A stretch of 64,000 nt of DNA from assembly GCA_963713045.1 (NCBI GenBank), contig CAVQKE010000004.1:672001-736000 (forward strand). Reading direction: 5' to 3'. A model generated the notes under the pieces. That model was not told where the DNA came from and searched no databases. It worked only from the letters and a program-made list of their open reading frames with translations. Below, piece after piece: positions 10,364-22,309 of this stretch (position 1 is its first letter; each line of letters starts with the position of its first letter). The position numbers and the translations under genes are program-made. The stretch comes from an uncultured delta proteobacterium. GTDB taxonomy: Bacteria > Myxococcota > Myxococcia > Myxococcales > Myxococcaceae.

Positions 10364-10392
10364 CTTGTATCGGCACGGTCAGCATCCGTCAA
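10364..10392 (-). promoter_or_regulatory. sigma70-type promoter of tRNA-fMet
   Basis: TTGACG-17bp-TACAAG ending 15 bp before the tRNA 5' end. Confidence 0.55.
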
Positions 10393-10415
10393 GCGTATGC
10401 ACCACCGATTGCCGC

Positions 10416-12359
10416 CTAAAGCTTGCGGCCCTTGAGCAAGTCTCCAAGGGTCCCGAAGCCCTTCCCACCCGCGGCGGACGGCTGCTTGCGCTTCCAGGCT
10501 TCCATCTCCGCCCGTTCCTCCATTCGCTGGGCGGCGGGAACGGAGAGCCGAATTTTCCCAGCTGCGTCCACGTCGAGGATAGCCACTTTGAGTTCCTGGC
10601 CCAGCGTGTAGTGGCGCCGTAAGTCGGTCCCTCTGTCGGTCCCGGTCTCGCTGGCAGGAATGAGTCCGCGGCCGCCAGGGAAGACGAGGAAGACGCCGTA
10701 GGGCTCGATGCGGTCGACCTGGCCCGTGACAACTTCACCCACTTTCGGGCGGGGCGTTGCCGCTGCAGGGGCCGCCACGGGCTTGTCGGTCACTTCGGGA
10801 CGCTCGGCCGGAACCGGGCTACCGGCGCCCACCACCTCGCCGTCCCGAACCAAGCGCAACCCAACGCGCTTTTCGGCGGTGTCGATTTTTTCGACCTGCA
10901 CCGTCACTTCATCGCCGACGCTGACCGCATCGCGCGGGTGCGCAATGCGGCGGTCGGAGAGTGCCGAAATATGAATCAGTCCGTCGACTCCCGGCCGGAG
11001 CTCGACGAAGGCGCCAAACGGCTGCAGCCGTACGACCTTACCGGTCAGCCGGTCGCCGTCGTGAATGGCAGACCCCGCCGCCTCCCACGGGTCCTCCTGC
11101 CGAGATCGCATCGAAAGAGTGATGCGTTCCTTGTGCTTGGACTTGTCTGGCGAGTTCGGCTGCGGAGCCTCAATGCGGAGGACTTCCACCTCCACTTCAT
11201 CGCCCGCTTTACAAAGGTCCGTCGGGCGACCGACTCGGGTGTGGCTCATTTCCGCCACCGGCACCAAGCCCTCCACCCCGCCCAAATCGACGAAGGCACC
11301 AAACTCACGCACCCCCGTCACCCGGCCCCGCAGCACTTTGCCCACCTCGAGCTTGGCTCGTGTTTCGGCCGCAAGCGCCTTCTGCTCCTCCTCCAGCAAA
11401 GCTCGCCGGCTGAGCACTACCTTCCGCTCTCGGAGCTCACTGACGCGGAACTTGAGGCGCTCGCCGATGAACTGGTCGGGCTTATCGACAAAACGAATGT
11501 CCATCTGACTCATCGGGACGAAGGCCCGAGCTTCACCCACCGCCACCTCGAAGCCACCCTTGTTGACGGCAAGGACCAGTCCTTCCACCGGAAGGCCGGA
11601 AGCGCGCGCCTCGGCAAGCATCGCCAAGGAAGCGGAGCCTTTGGATAGCGTTCGTGTCAGCAGGATGCCTCGAGCACCCGCCTCGAGCACATACGCCTCG
11701 ACGGTGTCCCCAACCCCTGAGCGCAGGATGCCTTCGTCGTCCTTCAGCTCTCGCAGCTCAATCATCGCCTCGGAGCGCCCACCCAGAGACACGAAGGCGG
11801 TGTCAGCGCCCAGCTGGAAAATGGTCCCGGTCACCTTCTCGCCGACCCGGACCCGTCGCGCTGGCGTCTCGTGCTTTTCCGAGGCGGCAAGCAACTCCGC
11901 GAAGGAGCCGTCGTCCGGCTGTGGCTCCTCCGCTGGCCGAGCCTGCGGTTTGACGGCCGCTGCGGGCTCCGCCGCGGCTGGAGCTGCGACTGGCGCAGGC
12001 GCCACCTCCTCCGGCCGCACAACGGGCGCCTCCGGGCGTTCTGCAAGCTCACGCGTTTCGACGACCCCAGTCGCGCGGCGCACCACCACCAGTGGCCCCT
12101 GCGGTCGCCGGCGCTCCGGGCGACGCGGTTTGACGTCGGCCGTCGGAGGGACCTCCGACGGCGTCGTGGCAGCCGGCGCTGGAGGCGAGTCCGACGGCGG
12201 CCGCTTGGCCGAACGGGCGGCACCCTCGCTGCGAGCTCTCCCCTTCCGCGGCCGCTCCTCTCGTTCACCGCCGCGGCCAGCGGGGATACCCAGCATCACA
12301 TCCCCAAACGTGGGTCGGGGCTTGCGCGGCCCGGACCCTCCAAATCGCTCGTCGCTCAC
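10416..12359 (-). CDS. S1 RNA-binding domain protein (ribosomal protein S1-like) with Pro/Ala-rich N-terminus
   Basis: Repeated S1 domains (FGAFVDLGGVEGLV, FGAFVELRPGVDGLIHIS), C-terminal FGTLGDLL. Confidence 0.85.
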   Translation of the reverse strand: MSDERFGGSGPRKPRPTFGDVMLGIPAGRGGEREERPRKGRARSEGAARSAKRPPSDSPPAPAATTPSEVPPTADVKPRRPERRRPQGPLVVVRRATGVVETRELAERPEAPVVRPEEVAPAPVAAPAAAEPAAAVKPQARPAEEPQPDDGSFAELLAASEKHETPARRVRVGEKVTGTIFQLGADTAFVSLGGRSEAMIELRELKDDEGILRSGVGDTVEAYVLEAGARGILLTRTLSKGSASLAMLAEARASGLPVEGLVLAVNKGGFEVAVGEARAFVPMSQMDIRFVDKPDQFIGERLKFRVSELRERKVVLSRRALLEEEQKALAAETRAKLEVGKVLRGRVTGVREFGAFVDLGGVEGLVPVAEMSHTRVGRPTDLCKAGDEVEVEVLRIEAPQPNSPDKSKHKERITLSMRSRQEDPWEAAGSAIHDGDRLTGKVVRLQPFGAFVELRPGVDGLIHISALSDRRIAHPRDAVSVGDEVTVQVEKIDTAEKRVGLRLVRDGEVVGAGSPVPAERPEVTDKPVAAPAAATPRPKVGEVVTGQVDRIEPYGVFLVFPGGRGLIPASETGTDRGTDLRRHYTLGQELKVAILDVDAAGKIRLSVPAAQRMEERAEMEAWKRKQPSAAGGKGFGTLGDLLKGRKL

Positions 12360-12549
12360 GTCGCCTCGAACCTCATGTTGCGCGCTTCCGGGCCCACTCC
12401 CAGCGCGGAGCGCGCCCTTGGGTCGCGAGGGCGCGGGCTATGACACAACCCGACCCGAGAGGCAACGCCACCCCACTTGCTGGGGCTTGCACCTAGGGGT
12501 CAACGGCTGGTTGCGAGGTCCTACGCGGCCAGACCCGGCTTTTAACCCT

Positions 12550-14199
12550 TCAGGGTTTCGACCGGCGAAACCCGGAAAGCTCCGAGACGCGCAAAGCGCC
12601 CGTCAGCATCAGGTAGACGCCTCCATACAGCGAGAGCAAGACTGCTGCGGTGAGGACCGGGTGTAATGCCGGCGCAGGCAGTACCCACCCTCCCCAAGAA
12701 GACGCGGCGGCGAGCGACGGCCCGAACTGACGGACGAGCAACATTTTGGCGACCAGAGCCAGGATGGCTGCCGTGGCGGCCGAGGCCCACAGGCGCAGGA
12801 CGCGCCCAGCGCCCACGCCCGTCGGGCCAATGCGCCGGGAGAGGCTGCTTCGCAGGAGGAGGAATTCAAGCCAGGCCGCGATGCCGCTGGCGCCGGTGAT
12901 GCCCGCGCAGCCAACCAGCGCAGGGGCCCCGAGCCACTGCGCAAGGTGCCTGACGGCGAGGTACGCGAGGCCGGCGGCGAGGAGCACGCGAACCGTCGCA
13001 AACCGGAAGGGCGTGCGAGCATCGTGGAGCGCATAGAAGGCCGACCCATAGAGTCGAGCCAGCGTGCCGGCAAGCAGCCCGATGGCGGAGCCCATCAGCA
13101 GGTACCAGAGTTCGCGTGTCTGGGCCGGACCGAACTTGCCGGTCTGGACGAGAAGCCCGCCAACCACGTCCCCGAGCGCAAGAAAGGCCACCGCTGACGG
13201 AACAACGAAGAAGGCGATTCGTCGCAGGCCTGCATCCAGCCGGCTTCGGAGCCGCTGTTCGCCGCCCTCCTTCAGCCCGGACTCGCGTGACAACTCGGGG
13301 AGTTCGGCCGCTGAGACGGACATGCCAAACAGCGAGACCGGCAGCACGCCAATCAACTGCGCGTAATAGAGCGCTGAGACGGCGGGCGCTGAAATCAACG
13401 AAGCGTAGAACGTGTCCACCAGGGCGCTGACCTGCACCACCCCTCGGCTCAGGACGACGGGAAGGAAGTTGCGCAGGACGGTTCTCATCGCCTGGGTGGT
13501 GGTCTCGAGCGAAGGGCGAAACGGCCCCAGCAGGCGCAGCACCGAGGGAAGCTGAACGGCAAACTGCAGCAAGCTTCCGCCCACCACCGACCAGGCGAGC
13601 AGCGTCGCCAACCGGCTCTCGCCCACCCGACCGCCGGCGGCCAGAAGCAGCGCGATTTGAGCGGCATTCCAGATTACGGGCGCCGTGTAGGAGAGGAGGA
13701 AGCGCCGGTGACTGTTGAGGACTCCGAGACACCAGGCACTCATCACCAAGAGCCCGGTGCTGGGGAAGAGAATGCGCGTCAGCTCAACCGTTTTGGCAAA
13801 TGCCACAGGGTCGCTGGTGGCGTAGCCTCCAGCAACCAAGCGAGCGAGCCAGGGAGCACAAGTCACACCGACCACCACCAGGACGGCGGTGGCCACCGAA
13901 AGCAGGCCAAAGACTGCGCCAGCCACTCGGTCGGCCACGTCCTCCCGTTTCTCGCCGAGCAGGCGGGCGTAGACGGGGATGAAGGAGGCCGATAGCACCC
14001 CCTCCCCCAGGAGGTTTTGAAGTGTATTGGGGAGGCGAAGCGCTGCGGAAAAGGCCCCGGCCACCGGAGAAGTCCCAAAAGCGTGGGCAAACACCCGCGT
14101 CCGGATGAGGCCAGCCAGCCGCGACAGCAGAATCCCAGTGGCCACACGGCGCGCGCCGCGTGCCGAGGGAGGTGGGGCGCTGTCGGAGTTCTCGGTCAC
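12550..14199 (-). CDS. murJ: lipid II flippase MurJ
   Basis: [29 protein letters not shown], multi-[12 protein letters not shown]. Confidence 0.92.
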   Translation of the reverse strand: MTENSDSAPPPSARGARRVATGILLSRLAGLIRTRVFAHAFGTSPVAGAFSAALRLPNTLQNLLGEGVLSASFIPVYARLLGEKREDVADRVAGAVFGLLSVATAVLVVVGVTCAPWLARLVAGGYATSDPVAFAKTVELTRILFPSTGLLVMSAWCLGVLNSHRRFLLSYTAPVIWNAAQIALLLAAGGRVGESRLATLLAWSVVGGSLLQFAVQLPSVLRLLGPFRPSLETTTQAMRTVLRNFLPVVLSRGVVQVSALVDTFYASLISAPAVSALYYAQLIGVLPVSLFGMSVSAAELPELSRESGLKEGGEQRLRSRLDAGLRRIAFFVVPSAVAFLALGDVVGGLLVQTGKFGPAQTRELWYLLMGSAIGLLAGTLARLYGSAFYALHDARTPFRFATVRVLLAAGLAYLAVRHLAQWLGAPALVGCAGITGASGIAAWLEFLLLRSSLSRRIGPTGVGAGRVLRLWASAATAAILALVAKMLLVRQFGPSLAAASSWGGWVLPAPALHPVLTAAVLLSLYGGVYLMLTGALRVSELSGFRRSKP

Positions 14200-14260
14200 C
14201 TTGGACGACTTCCGACTCTATCCGGAGCAACCCACGTGCCCGCATGCTATCCGGCTCTCA

Positions 14261-15646
<1,386 letters not shown>

Positions 15647-15668
15647 GGCAAGGCCCGTGGCGGTGAAG

Positions 15669-16721
15669 ATGCCGGTGCTGGGGGACTCCAGCCGCCGGAG
15701 GCGACATTCCCCCGCGACACCTTGGGTGCTTCTGGCTGCGCTCGTCGTGGCGGTGGGCTACGGCTGGCGATGGAGGGCGCAACACCGGCGCACCTCTCTG
15801 GAACAGCACCTCAGCACACCGACAGAGCTTCCGCTGGCAGCCACGGTGAGCGCAGCACCGGCACCCGAAACGCTGCCGCCCACTGGGGCCGCGCCCACCC
15901 AGGGTCTCCACCACGTCTCGGCGGCGCTGGACGGCGCCCTGGAGGCAGCCATGGACCAAGTGGCGGGGCGCGACACGGGTCCGGCACTGACTCAGGTCGT
16001 CAAGCGCCTGCTCGTCTGGTGGATGCGAGTCCCAGCGGACCTCCAGAGAGGAGACCACTTCGACGTGCTTTACGAGGACCGTGCCGGTGGGGAGCCTGTG
16101 GTCCAGGCTCTCCGAGTGGTGAGCGGCAAGTTACAACGCACTCTTGAAGCCTTTCGCTTCCGAGGCAGCGCGTCGGAGTTTCCCCGGTACTACCTGGCCG
16201 ACGGCGAGGAGTTGGAGCTCCGAATCGACCCGTCGCCCCTGGACAACTATGAGCAGGTGACGTCGCTGATTCGCGACGGGCGAGGCCACAAGGGAGTCGA
16301 CTTCAAGACGCCAGTCGGCAGCCCAGTGAAGGCGACATTCGACGGCACCATCACTCGGAAGAATTGGTTTTTCGGCGGCAACGGCAACTCGCTGGAAGTG
16401 AGTGAGGCCGCGAGCCCGCACCGAAAGGCGTTTTTTCTCCACCTCTCGGAGTTGCCAAAGACTCTGGCTCGAGGCAGCACTGTCCGAAAGGGCGAGGTCA
16501 TCGCGCACAGCGGAAACAGCGGTCACTCGTTTGCGCCGCATCTGCACTATCAGCTTGAGTCCGAGGATGGTCGTCTGCTCGACCCTTTTGAGGAGCATGC
16601 CACCCGACGGGCGACCCTGCCAGCGTCGGACCGCCCGGCCTTTGACGCCGTGGTGGCCGAGGCTCGCCGTCAGCTTGGACAAATGGGCGCTGCTGGTGCC
16701 TCGACGCTCGGGAGACAGTGA
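15669..16721 (+). CDS. M23-family peptidase with N-terminal TM anchor
   Basis: HKGVDF and PHLHY zinc motifs; hydrophobic N-terminal segment. Confidence 0.88.
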   Translation: MPVLGDSSRRRRHSPATPWVLLAALVVAVGYGWRWRAQHRRTSLEQHLSTPTELPLAATVSAAPAPETLPPTGAAPTQGLHHVSAALDGALEAAMDQVAGRDTGPALTQVVKRLLVWWMRVPADLQRGDHFDVLYEDRAGGEPVVQALRVVSGKLQRTLEAFRFRGSASEFPRYYLADGEELELRIDPSPLDNYEQVTSLIRDGRGHKGVDFKTPVGSPVKATFDGTITRKNWFFGGNGNSLEVSEAASPHRKAFFLHLSELPKTLARGSTVRKGEVIAHSGNSGHSFAPHLHYQLESEDGRLLDPFEEHATRRATLPASDRPAFDAVVAEARRQLGQMGAAGASTLGRQ

Positions 16722-16762
16722 CGTCCTGCGGCGCGCTCAGCGCACGGGCACTGACAGCGCGG

Positions 16763-17596
16763 TCATTCCTCGTGTTTCACATCGTTGGCCAGCCGGTAGA
16801 CCTCTGAGCTTGGCCACCCCGAGGCCCGAGCCACCTCGCTGGACAGCGTCTTGAGGCGTTCCCTTCGGGCTAACCCCGCCTTCAGGGCGGCGCGCACTTC
16901 CGCCCCGCTCCACCGCTCCACCCCCGTCCGCCCCTCCACCACCAGCACCAGTTCCCCCCTGGGCGCAACCGCGCCGTAGCGGGCGGCCAATTCACTCAGT
17001 CGGCCGCGGACAAATTCCTCGTGCAGCTTGGTGACTTCGCGGGCGACCACCCCGCGGCGGTCGCCAAGTGCGCGGGCCAACTCCCCGAGGGTTGCCGACA
17101 GCCGGTTGGGGGACTCGAAAATCACCAGCGAGGCTTGTAGCCCGGCCACTTCGTCCAGCATGGCGCTGCGTTCCGGTCCCTGTCGTGGAAGGAAGCCGAG
17201 GAAGTGAAAGCGTCCAGTGGGCAACCCGGATGCGGACAGGGCCGCCAGCACAGCGCTCGGCCCCGGGATGGGCACCACCTGCACCCCAGCCGCTAACGCC
17301 GCTGTCACCAGGTACTCGCCCGGGTCACTCACCGCTGGGGTGCCGGCATCGGAAACCAGCGCGGCGTTCTCGCCCGCCGAGAGCCGCTCCAGAATTCGTC
17401 CGGCCCGTGCCTTTTCCGCGAAGGCGGGCAGACTGACTGTCGGTTTCTTCAGTCCCAGCGAGGACAGCAAGTTGCTGGTGTGCCGCGTGTCCTCGCAGAT
17501 GATGAAGTCCGCCTGAGCAAGCGTCTGGCCAGCGCGAGCCGTGAGGTCGCCCAGGTTGCCAATCGGCGTCGCGACGAGAAACAGGGTTCCGGTCAC
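16763..17596 (-). CDS. rsmI: 16S rRNA C1402 2'-O-methyltransferase
   Basis: LVATPIGNLGD, CEDTR, VSDAGTPAVSDPG, REVTKLHEE. Confidence 0.95.
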   Translation of the reverse strand: MTGTLFLVATPIGNLGDLTARAGQTLAQADFIICEDTRHTSNLLSSLGLKKPTVSLPAFAEKARAGRILERLSAGENAALVSDAGTPAVSDPGEYLVTAALAAGVQVVPIPGPSAVLAALSASGLPTGRFHFLGFLPRQGPERSAMLDEVAGLQASLVIFESPNRLSATLGELARALGDRRGVVAREVTKLHEEFVRGRLSELAARYGAVAPRGELVLVVEGRTGVERWSGAEVRAALKAGLARRERLKTLSSEVARASGWPSSEVYRLANDVKHEE

Positions 17597-17674
17597 GGGC
17601 CCCTCTCTCCCTGGCCGGTTGCCAAATGGTTCTCGATGCCCTGGCATCAGAGTTTTCCTTCGCCGCGGCGTCGC

Positions 17675-19549
17675 TCAGATGTTGGCGGACCCGTCGGAAA
17701 TGGAGCTGAAGACGGCGTGCCCGGTGACATGGAGCAGCTGCGTCAGAGAACCGAGATGCTTCAACATCCGCCCCAGCAGCGGGAGTCGCGCCTCATCCAG
17801 CGCTGGTGCCAAGTCCTCCCAGAGCACCGTGTGCGGGTGCTGGGCGGCAGACTTCTCGATGATGGTCAGCCGCAGCGCAAGGTAGAGCCAGTCGAGGTCG
17901 CGCGCGGAAAGCTCGCCCACCGGCATCCGACGGCCGGCGCCTCGCACGAAGGCATGACCAGATAAATCCACCTCGAAGTGCTCAACGCGCCTCTCGGTCA
18001 ACGCAGAGACGTACTGGGCCCAGCGCTCCTGGACGAGCGCCACCACCCCCGGCAAGTCGACGGCCAGCAAATCCGCGGCTGGCTGCAGCACCGCCGGAAT
18101 GGGGTCTTCCAGAGGATCGATGGGCACCGGCGTCCGGGGCGTGGACGTGCGGGGCGGAGGTGCCGCCGGAGCCCGCGAACGCGCCAGGCCGTCGCGAAGC
18201 TTGCTCAGCTCGCGCTCGATGTCATTCGCGTCCCGGACATAGGAGCCACGCTCGAGGAGACGCGCATTGAGCGCCTCCTGCTCGGCGCGGAGCTCGGCCA
18301 GCTGCGTTGAGGCGGCGATGTATTCGGGAGCTTCCTTGGCCTGGGTCAGCTGGCCTTCTAGCTGCAGGACGCGGTTCCATAACTCCTCCCGCTGCGCCAG
18401 CGCTGTCACCAGGTCCTCAGGCTTCTCGACGCCGAGCACCTTCATCGCCGAGCGCAGCGGCTGCGTCTCGAATTCAAATTGGTCGCGGATTTTTTTCTCG
18501 CGTTCCGCCAGTCGCTCGCCCTTTCGCACGGCGTACTCCGACCATTGGACGTCTTCGACGTGCTTCAGCGCCACCAGCGCCGCGAGGCCAAACGCCGGAA
18601 TGTCGAGCAAGGACACGTAGGCCCAAGGGCCGGAGGCCATCAACCCCCCGAGGAGTGCGGCCGTGCCCAGTCCAATGCCTGTCCAAAACCGACCGTCTCG
18701 GGTGATGGGCACCGCGTCGGGGGGGGCGGTGGCGGCGTCCATTTGACGCTCGGTCTCCAACCGGGCCAGGGCCTCGTCGCACTTCGTCACCAGCACCGCA
18801 TGGTTGCGGGCCTGCGTGACGACGTCGTCTGGAAGTCCAAGGCTTCTCGGCGAGGGCGAAGCCTCAAACGCCGCGCGCGCCTCGGCCACCGCAGATTCAG
18901 TGCCCTCGACGCCCTTCACCCGGAGCTCGAGCTGGAAAATCTGCGCGGCCACTCCGTCCAGGCGGTATTGAAGCTTGTCCACCTCGCTGGCCAGCGCCAG
19001 TTCCTTGGTGAGCTCGGCGATGCGAGCCTGGGCGGCGGCGGCGTCAACCACAGGCTCGGGCGTGACGGGACCCGGCGCGGGTACCAGCCGGGAGGGGCCA
19101 GGGGAACCTCGTCCGGGTTTGGGTGGCCTGCGGCTGGGCAGCTGGGACAGGGTGAAGGTGAAGAGCTGCTCGTAGCTGCTTCGGGCTGGAAGTCCGACCT
19201 GCCCACGCAGAAACTGCACCAGCTCCGCGGGGTCCTCGGTCACCAAGTCATGCGCCCGGGTGGTGGGATTGACGCGGTGCAAGGCCCCACCGCGCCCAAG
19301 GTCGCGCATGACACGGTAGGTGCCACCGTCTCGCGCCGAAAACCAGAGGGCCGCCCGCGCTTCCTGTCCGCGGCTGGCTAGGGCCAGGTCCCCACCACGG
19401 CCGTCCGGGTAGAGCATGGCTGAGGCAAGCGCCACCAAGGGTGCTCCCGGTGCCTGCGGAAGCAGAGTCCAGTAGCCCGGCCGTAGAGAGATTCGAACGC
19501 TTGGGAGGAAACCGCGAACCCCCTGCAGCGCAAACTCGACCCAGTACAC
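17675..19549 (-). CDS. SMC/YhaN-like coiled-coil protein with degenerate ATPase motifs and internal TM hairpin
   Basis: N-terminal VEFALQGVRGF strand, long coiled coils, central hydrophobic hairpin, C-terminal LSARD..LYLALRL..VLWED..ALDEARL..LLHVT. Confidence 0.65.
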   Translation of the reverse strand: MYWVEFALQGVRGFLPSVRISLRPGYWTLLPQAPGAPLVALASAMLYPDGRGGDLALASRGQEARAALWFSARDGGTYRVMRDLGRGGALHRVNPTTRAHDLVTEDPAELVQFLRGQVGLPARSSYEQLFTFTLSQLPSRRPPKPGRGSPGPSRLVPAPGPVTPEPVVDAAAAQARIAELTKELALASEVDKLQYRLDGVAAQIFQLELRVKGVEGTESAVAEARAAFEASPSPRSLGLPDDVVTQARNHAVLVTKCDEALARLETERQMDAATAPPDAVPITRDGRFWTGIGLGTAALLGGLMASGPWAYVSLLDIPAFGLAALVALKHVEDVQWSEYAVRKGERLAEREKKIRDQFEFETQPLRSAMKVLGVEKPEDLVTALAQREELWNRVLQLEGQLTQAKEAPEYIAASTQLAELRAEQEALNARLLERGSYVRDANDIERELSKLRDGLARSRAPAAPPPRTSTPRTPVPIDPLEDPIPAVLQPAADLLAVDLPGVVALVQERWAQYVSALTERRVEHFEVDLSGHAFVRGAGRRMPVGELSARDLDWLYLALRLTIIEKSAAQHPHTVLWEDLAPALDEARLPLLGRMLKHLGSLTQLLHVTGHAVFSSISDGSANI

Positions 19550-19586
19550 AGGCCAAGCACTGTACGACAGAACCCCAGGCTACCGC

Positions 19587-20069
19587 TCAGCCGGCCGTCT
19601 TCTCGCCCTTGGCCTTCTTTCCCTTCGCCTTCTTGCTGGGCTCGGCCACCGGTGCCTCCGGCGCTGCGGCCGGGGCCGTCTCGGCCGCGGGCACGGCGTC
19701 GGGCACTGCCGCTTCCTGCATCTCCTCCTGGACGTCCACGCGCGAGGCCTTGCCCTTCAAGTCCCGCAGGTAGAAGAGGCGGTTGCGGCTGACGCTGCCC
19801 CGGGTGACGACGTCAATCCTTTCGTAGCGGGGGCTGTGGAGAGGAAAGATGCGCTCGACACCCACCCCGTAAGAGACTTTGCGGACGGTGAAGGTGGCGC
19901 GATTGGCCCCCTTCGTCTTACGGATGACCACGCCCTCGAAAGGCTGGACGCGCTCCTTTTCACCCTCCTTCACCTTCCAGTGCACCCGCACCGTGTCACC
20001 GGTGCGAAAGTCGGCAAGGTCCTTCCGAAGCTGCTTCGACTCGACGTATTCCAGGGCGCTGAGGCGCAT
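19587..20069 (-). CDS. rplS: 50S ribosomal protein L19
   Basis: [39 protein letters not shown]. Confidence 0.97.
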   Translation of the reverse strand: MRLSALEYVESKQLRKDLADFRTGDTVRVHWKVKEGEKERVQPFEGVVIRKTKGANRATFTVRKVSYGVGVERIFPLHSPRYERIDVVTRGSVSRNRLFYLRDLKGKASRVDVQEEMQEAAVPDAVPAAETAPAAAPEAPVAEPSKKAKGKKAKGEKTAG

Positions 20070-20190
20070 GGCTGCTGACTCCGACTGCTCCTTGGGAAAT
20101 GGCCACCCCGGGGCGACAGGAACCCCGACCCCGGAGGAGCCGGCCTACCTAGCAGGAAGGGACCGGGCCCGGCAAGCTCTTGGCGGGTTG

Positions 20191-21512
20191 TGTAGCTAGC
20201 ACTGGAAATGTCCGCCCCATAAGCACTTACAGATGTCCGCTCTTACAGGGCGCCCGAAGCTCCCAGAATGAGCCCTTGGGAGCGGCGGGTAGCCCGGGAG
20301 TCCAGGGCGATGACGCGTCAAGAAGTGGTGATGAAGGCTGTGGCTGGACGGCTGAGCTGGCTGCAGGCGGCGGACATCCTCGGCATCACGCCGCGGCAGA
20401 TTCGGCGGCTTCATCAGGTCTACCGGCGCGATGGGGTGAAGGCCATTCAGGACCACCGGGGTGGAAAGCCCCGGCGCCGCCGGGTGCCGTTGCAAGTACT
20501 CCAGGAGCTGTTTCGCCTCCGACGCGAGAAGTACCCGGACTTCTCGGTGACGCACTTCCACGAGCACATCACCGAGCGGCATGGGCTGAAGCTTTCCTAC
20601 ACCTACTGCAAACAGGTGCTTCAGGATGCGGGTCTGGCGGTGAAGGCTCCGGGCCGGGGCAAGTACCGCCGCCGGCGCGAGCGCCGGCCTCTGGTGGGCA
20701 TGCTGCTCCACCTCGACGCTTCCACCCACGCCTGGCTTCCCGAACTCCCCATGCAGGACTTGATGGTGATGCTCGATGATGCGGACGGGCGCATTCTCCA
20801 TGCCCGCTTCGTCGAGCAGGAGGGCACCAGGTCCACCCTCGTCGCCCTCTCGGACGTGCTGCAGCGCCATGGACGCTTCTGCGAGCTGTACACGGACCGG
20901 GGGAGCCATTTCGCCCCCACGCCCCACTCTGGAGGCATGTTGGGCCCGGAAGGCCAAGTGCAGCGCGTCCTACGCGCGGTGGGCATCCGCCAGATTTTGG
21001 CCCGCTCGCCAGAGGCCCGCGGCAGAAGCGAGCGCGCCTTTGGCACCATCCAGGGTCGGTTACCGCAGGAGCTCCGTCTCCACGGCATCAGCAGCTACCT
21101 GGACGCCAACCAATACTTGGACAGGGTTTTCGTCCCGGACTTCAACCGGCGCTTCACTGTCACCCCGGCCGAACGCGGGAGCGCCTTCGTCCAGGTAGCC
21201 AGCATGGACCTCGAGCTCGTCCTCTCCGTCCAGCACGAGCGCGTCGTCCGGGCAGACAGCGTCGTGGTCTTCGAGAAGCTACTTTTGCAGCTACCGCCCA
21301 GCCGCCACCGGGAGCGCTTCATCCGCTGCCCGGTCCTCGTCCACGAATTCCTCAACGACGCCCTTGGCGTGAGCTACCAGGGGCGCCTCATTGCTCGCTT
21401 CAACCGAGCCCGAGACCTGCTCCCGCTTCGTAGTCCCACCGTAGCTGCTGCCTAACCAGAAGCGGACATCTGTAAGTGCTTATGGGGCGGACTTGTATAA
21501 GTGTCATGGACA
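20191..21512 (+). mobile_element. insertion sequence, IS1202 family (ISNCY), 1322 bp, TGT...ACA ends, 15-bp target duplication
   Basis: Terminal IRs with a perfect 32-bp core (20210-20241 vs 21461-21492); flanks GCTCTTGGCGGGTTG (20176-20190) and GCTCTTGGAGGGTTG (21513-21527). Confidence 0.9.
20268..21455 (+). CDS. DDE transposase (ISNCY/IS1202 type)
   Basis: N-terminal HTH; HLDASTHAW, LDDA, LYTDRGSHF, SPEARGRSERAFGTIQGRL. Confidence 0.93.
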   Translation: MSPWERRVARESRAMTRQEVVMKAVAGRLSWLQAADILGITPRQIRRLHQVYRRDGVKAIQDHRGGKPRRRRVPLQVLQELFRLRREKYPDFSVTHFHEHITERHGLKLSYTYCKQVLQDAGLAVKAPGRGKYRRRRERRPLVGMLLHLDASTHAWLPELPMQDLMVMLDDADGRILHARFVEQEGTRSTLVALSDVLQRHGRFCELYTDRGSHFAPTPHSGGMLGPEGQVQRVLRAVGIRQILARSPEARGRSERAFGTIQGRLPQELRLHGISSYLDANQYLDRVFVPDFNRRFTVTPAERGSAFVQVASMDLELVLSVQHERVVRADSVVVFEKLLLQLPPSRHRERFIRCPVLVHEFLNDALGVSYQGRLIARFNRARDLLPLRSPTVAAA

Positions 21513-21553
21513 GCTCTTGGAGGGTTGAAACGACGCTGGTGCCGGGCCCTGCG

Positions 21554-22294
21554 TCACAGCTCCTCTTCACGCAGAGCCAGGAGGCGCCGGTCCTCGGGAC
21601 TCAACGACACCCGGCTCAGGAGGTCCGGCCGACGTTCGCCGGTCCACCGCAGGGCCTGCCAACGGCGCCAGCGTGCCACCCGGGCGTGGTCCCCGCTCTG
21701 CAGGATGGCTGGGACTTCGACCCCACGAAAGACGGCAGGCCGGGTGTATTGGGGGTACTCCAAAAGACCGTCCTCGAAGCTCTCGGAAAGGGTGGAGCCG
21801 GCATTGCCGAGGATGCCGGGAACAAGCCGCGCGACCGCGTCGATGACAGCCAGCGCGACCAACTCCCCGCCGGTGAGGACGAAGTCCCCCAGGGAGACTT
21901 CCCCGTCGACATAGGCACGGACCCGCTCGTCCACCCCCTCATACCGGCCGCACACCAGCACCAAGTTGGTCGGGCCCGCAGCGAGGGCCCTCGCCATGGG
22001 CTGCTCGAGGCGCTCGCCACGGGGAGAGGTTAGTAGGACGCGCGCCTGGGGCAAGCGCGCCCGAGCAGCTTCGATGGCGGCCACCAGCGGTTCGGGCTTG
22101 AAAACCATCCCTGCGCCGCCGCCGTAGGGCGCATCGTCCGTGACGTGGTGCTTTCCCTCGGCGTAGCTGCGGATGTCGTGGGCGGTCACCTGGATGAGAC
22201 CACGCTCGGCCCCTTTGCCGAGAATGCTCTGCGAGAGGTAACCGGTGACCATCGCCGGGAACAACGTCAGGACGTCCACCTGCCAGACGCTCAT
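21554..22294 (-). CDS. trmD: tRNA (guanine37-N1) methyltransferase
   Basis: [37 protein letters not shown]. Confidence 0.97.
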   Translation of the reverse strand: MSVWQVDVLTLFPAMVTGYLSQSILGKGAERGLIQVTAHDIRSYAEGKHHVTDDAPYGGGAGMVFKPEPLVAAIEAARARLPQARVLLTSPRGERLEQPMARALAAGPTNLVLVCGRYEGVDERVRAYVDGEVSLGDFVLTGGELVALAVIDAVARLVPGILGNAGSTLSESFEDGLLEYPQYTRPAVFRGVEVPAILQSGDHARVARWRRWQALRWTGERRPDLLSRVSLSPEDRRLLALREEEL

Positions 22295-22309
22295 GGGGTC
22301 AGCCGTGCC

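Noticed and set aside
20150..20190. dif/Xer site as the IS target
   Set aside because: No XerC/XerD-like 11-6-11 site visible, and the long DR does not fit the Xer-targeting subgroup
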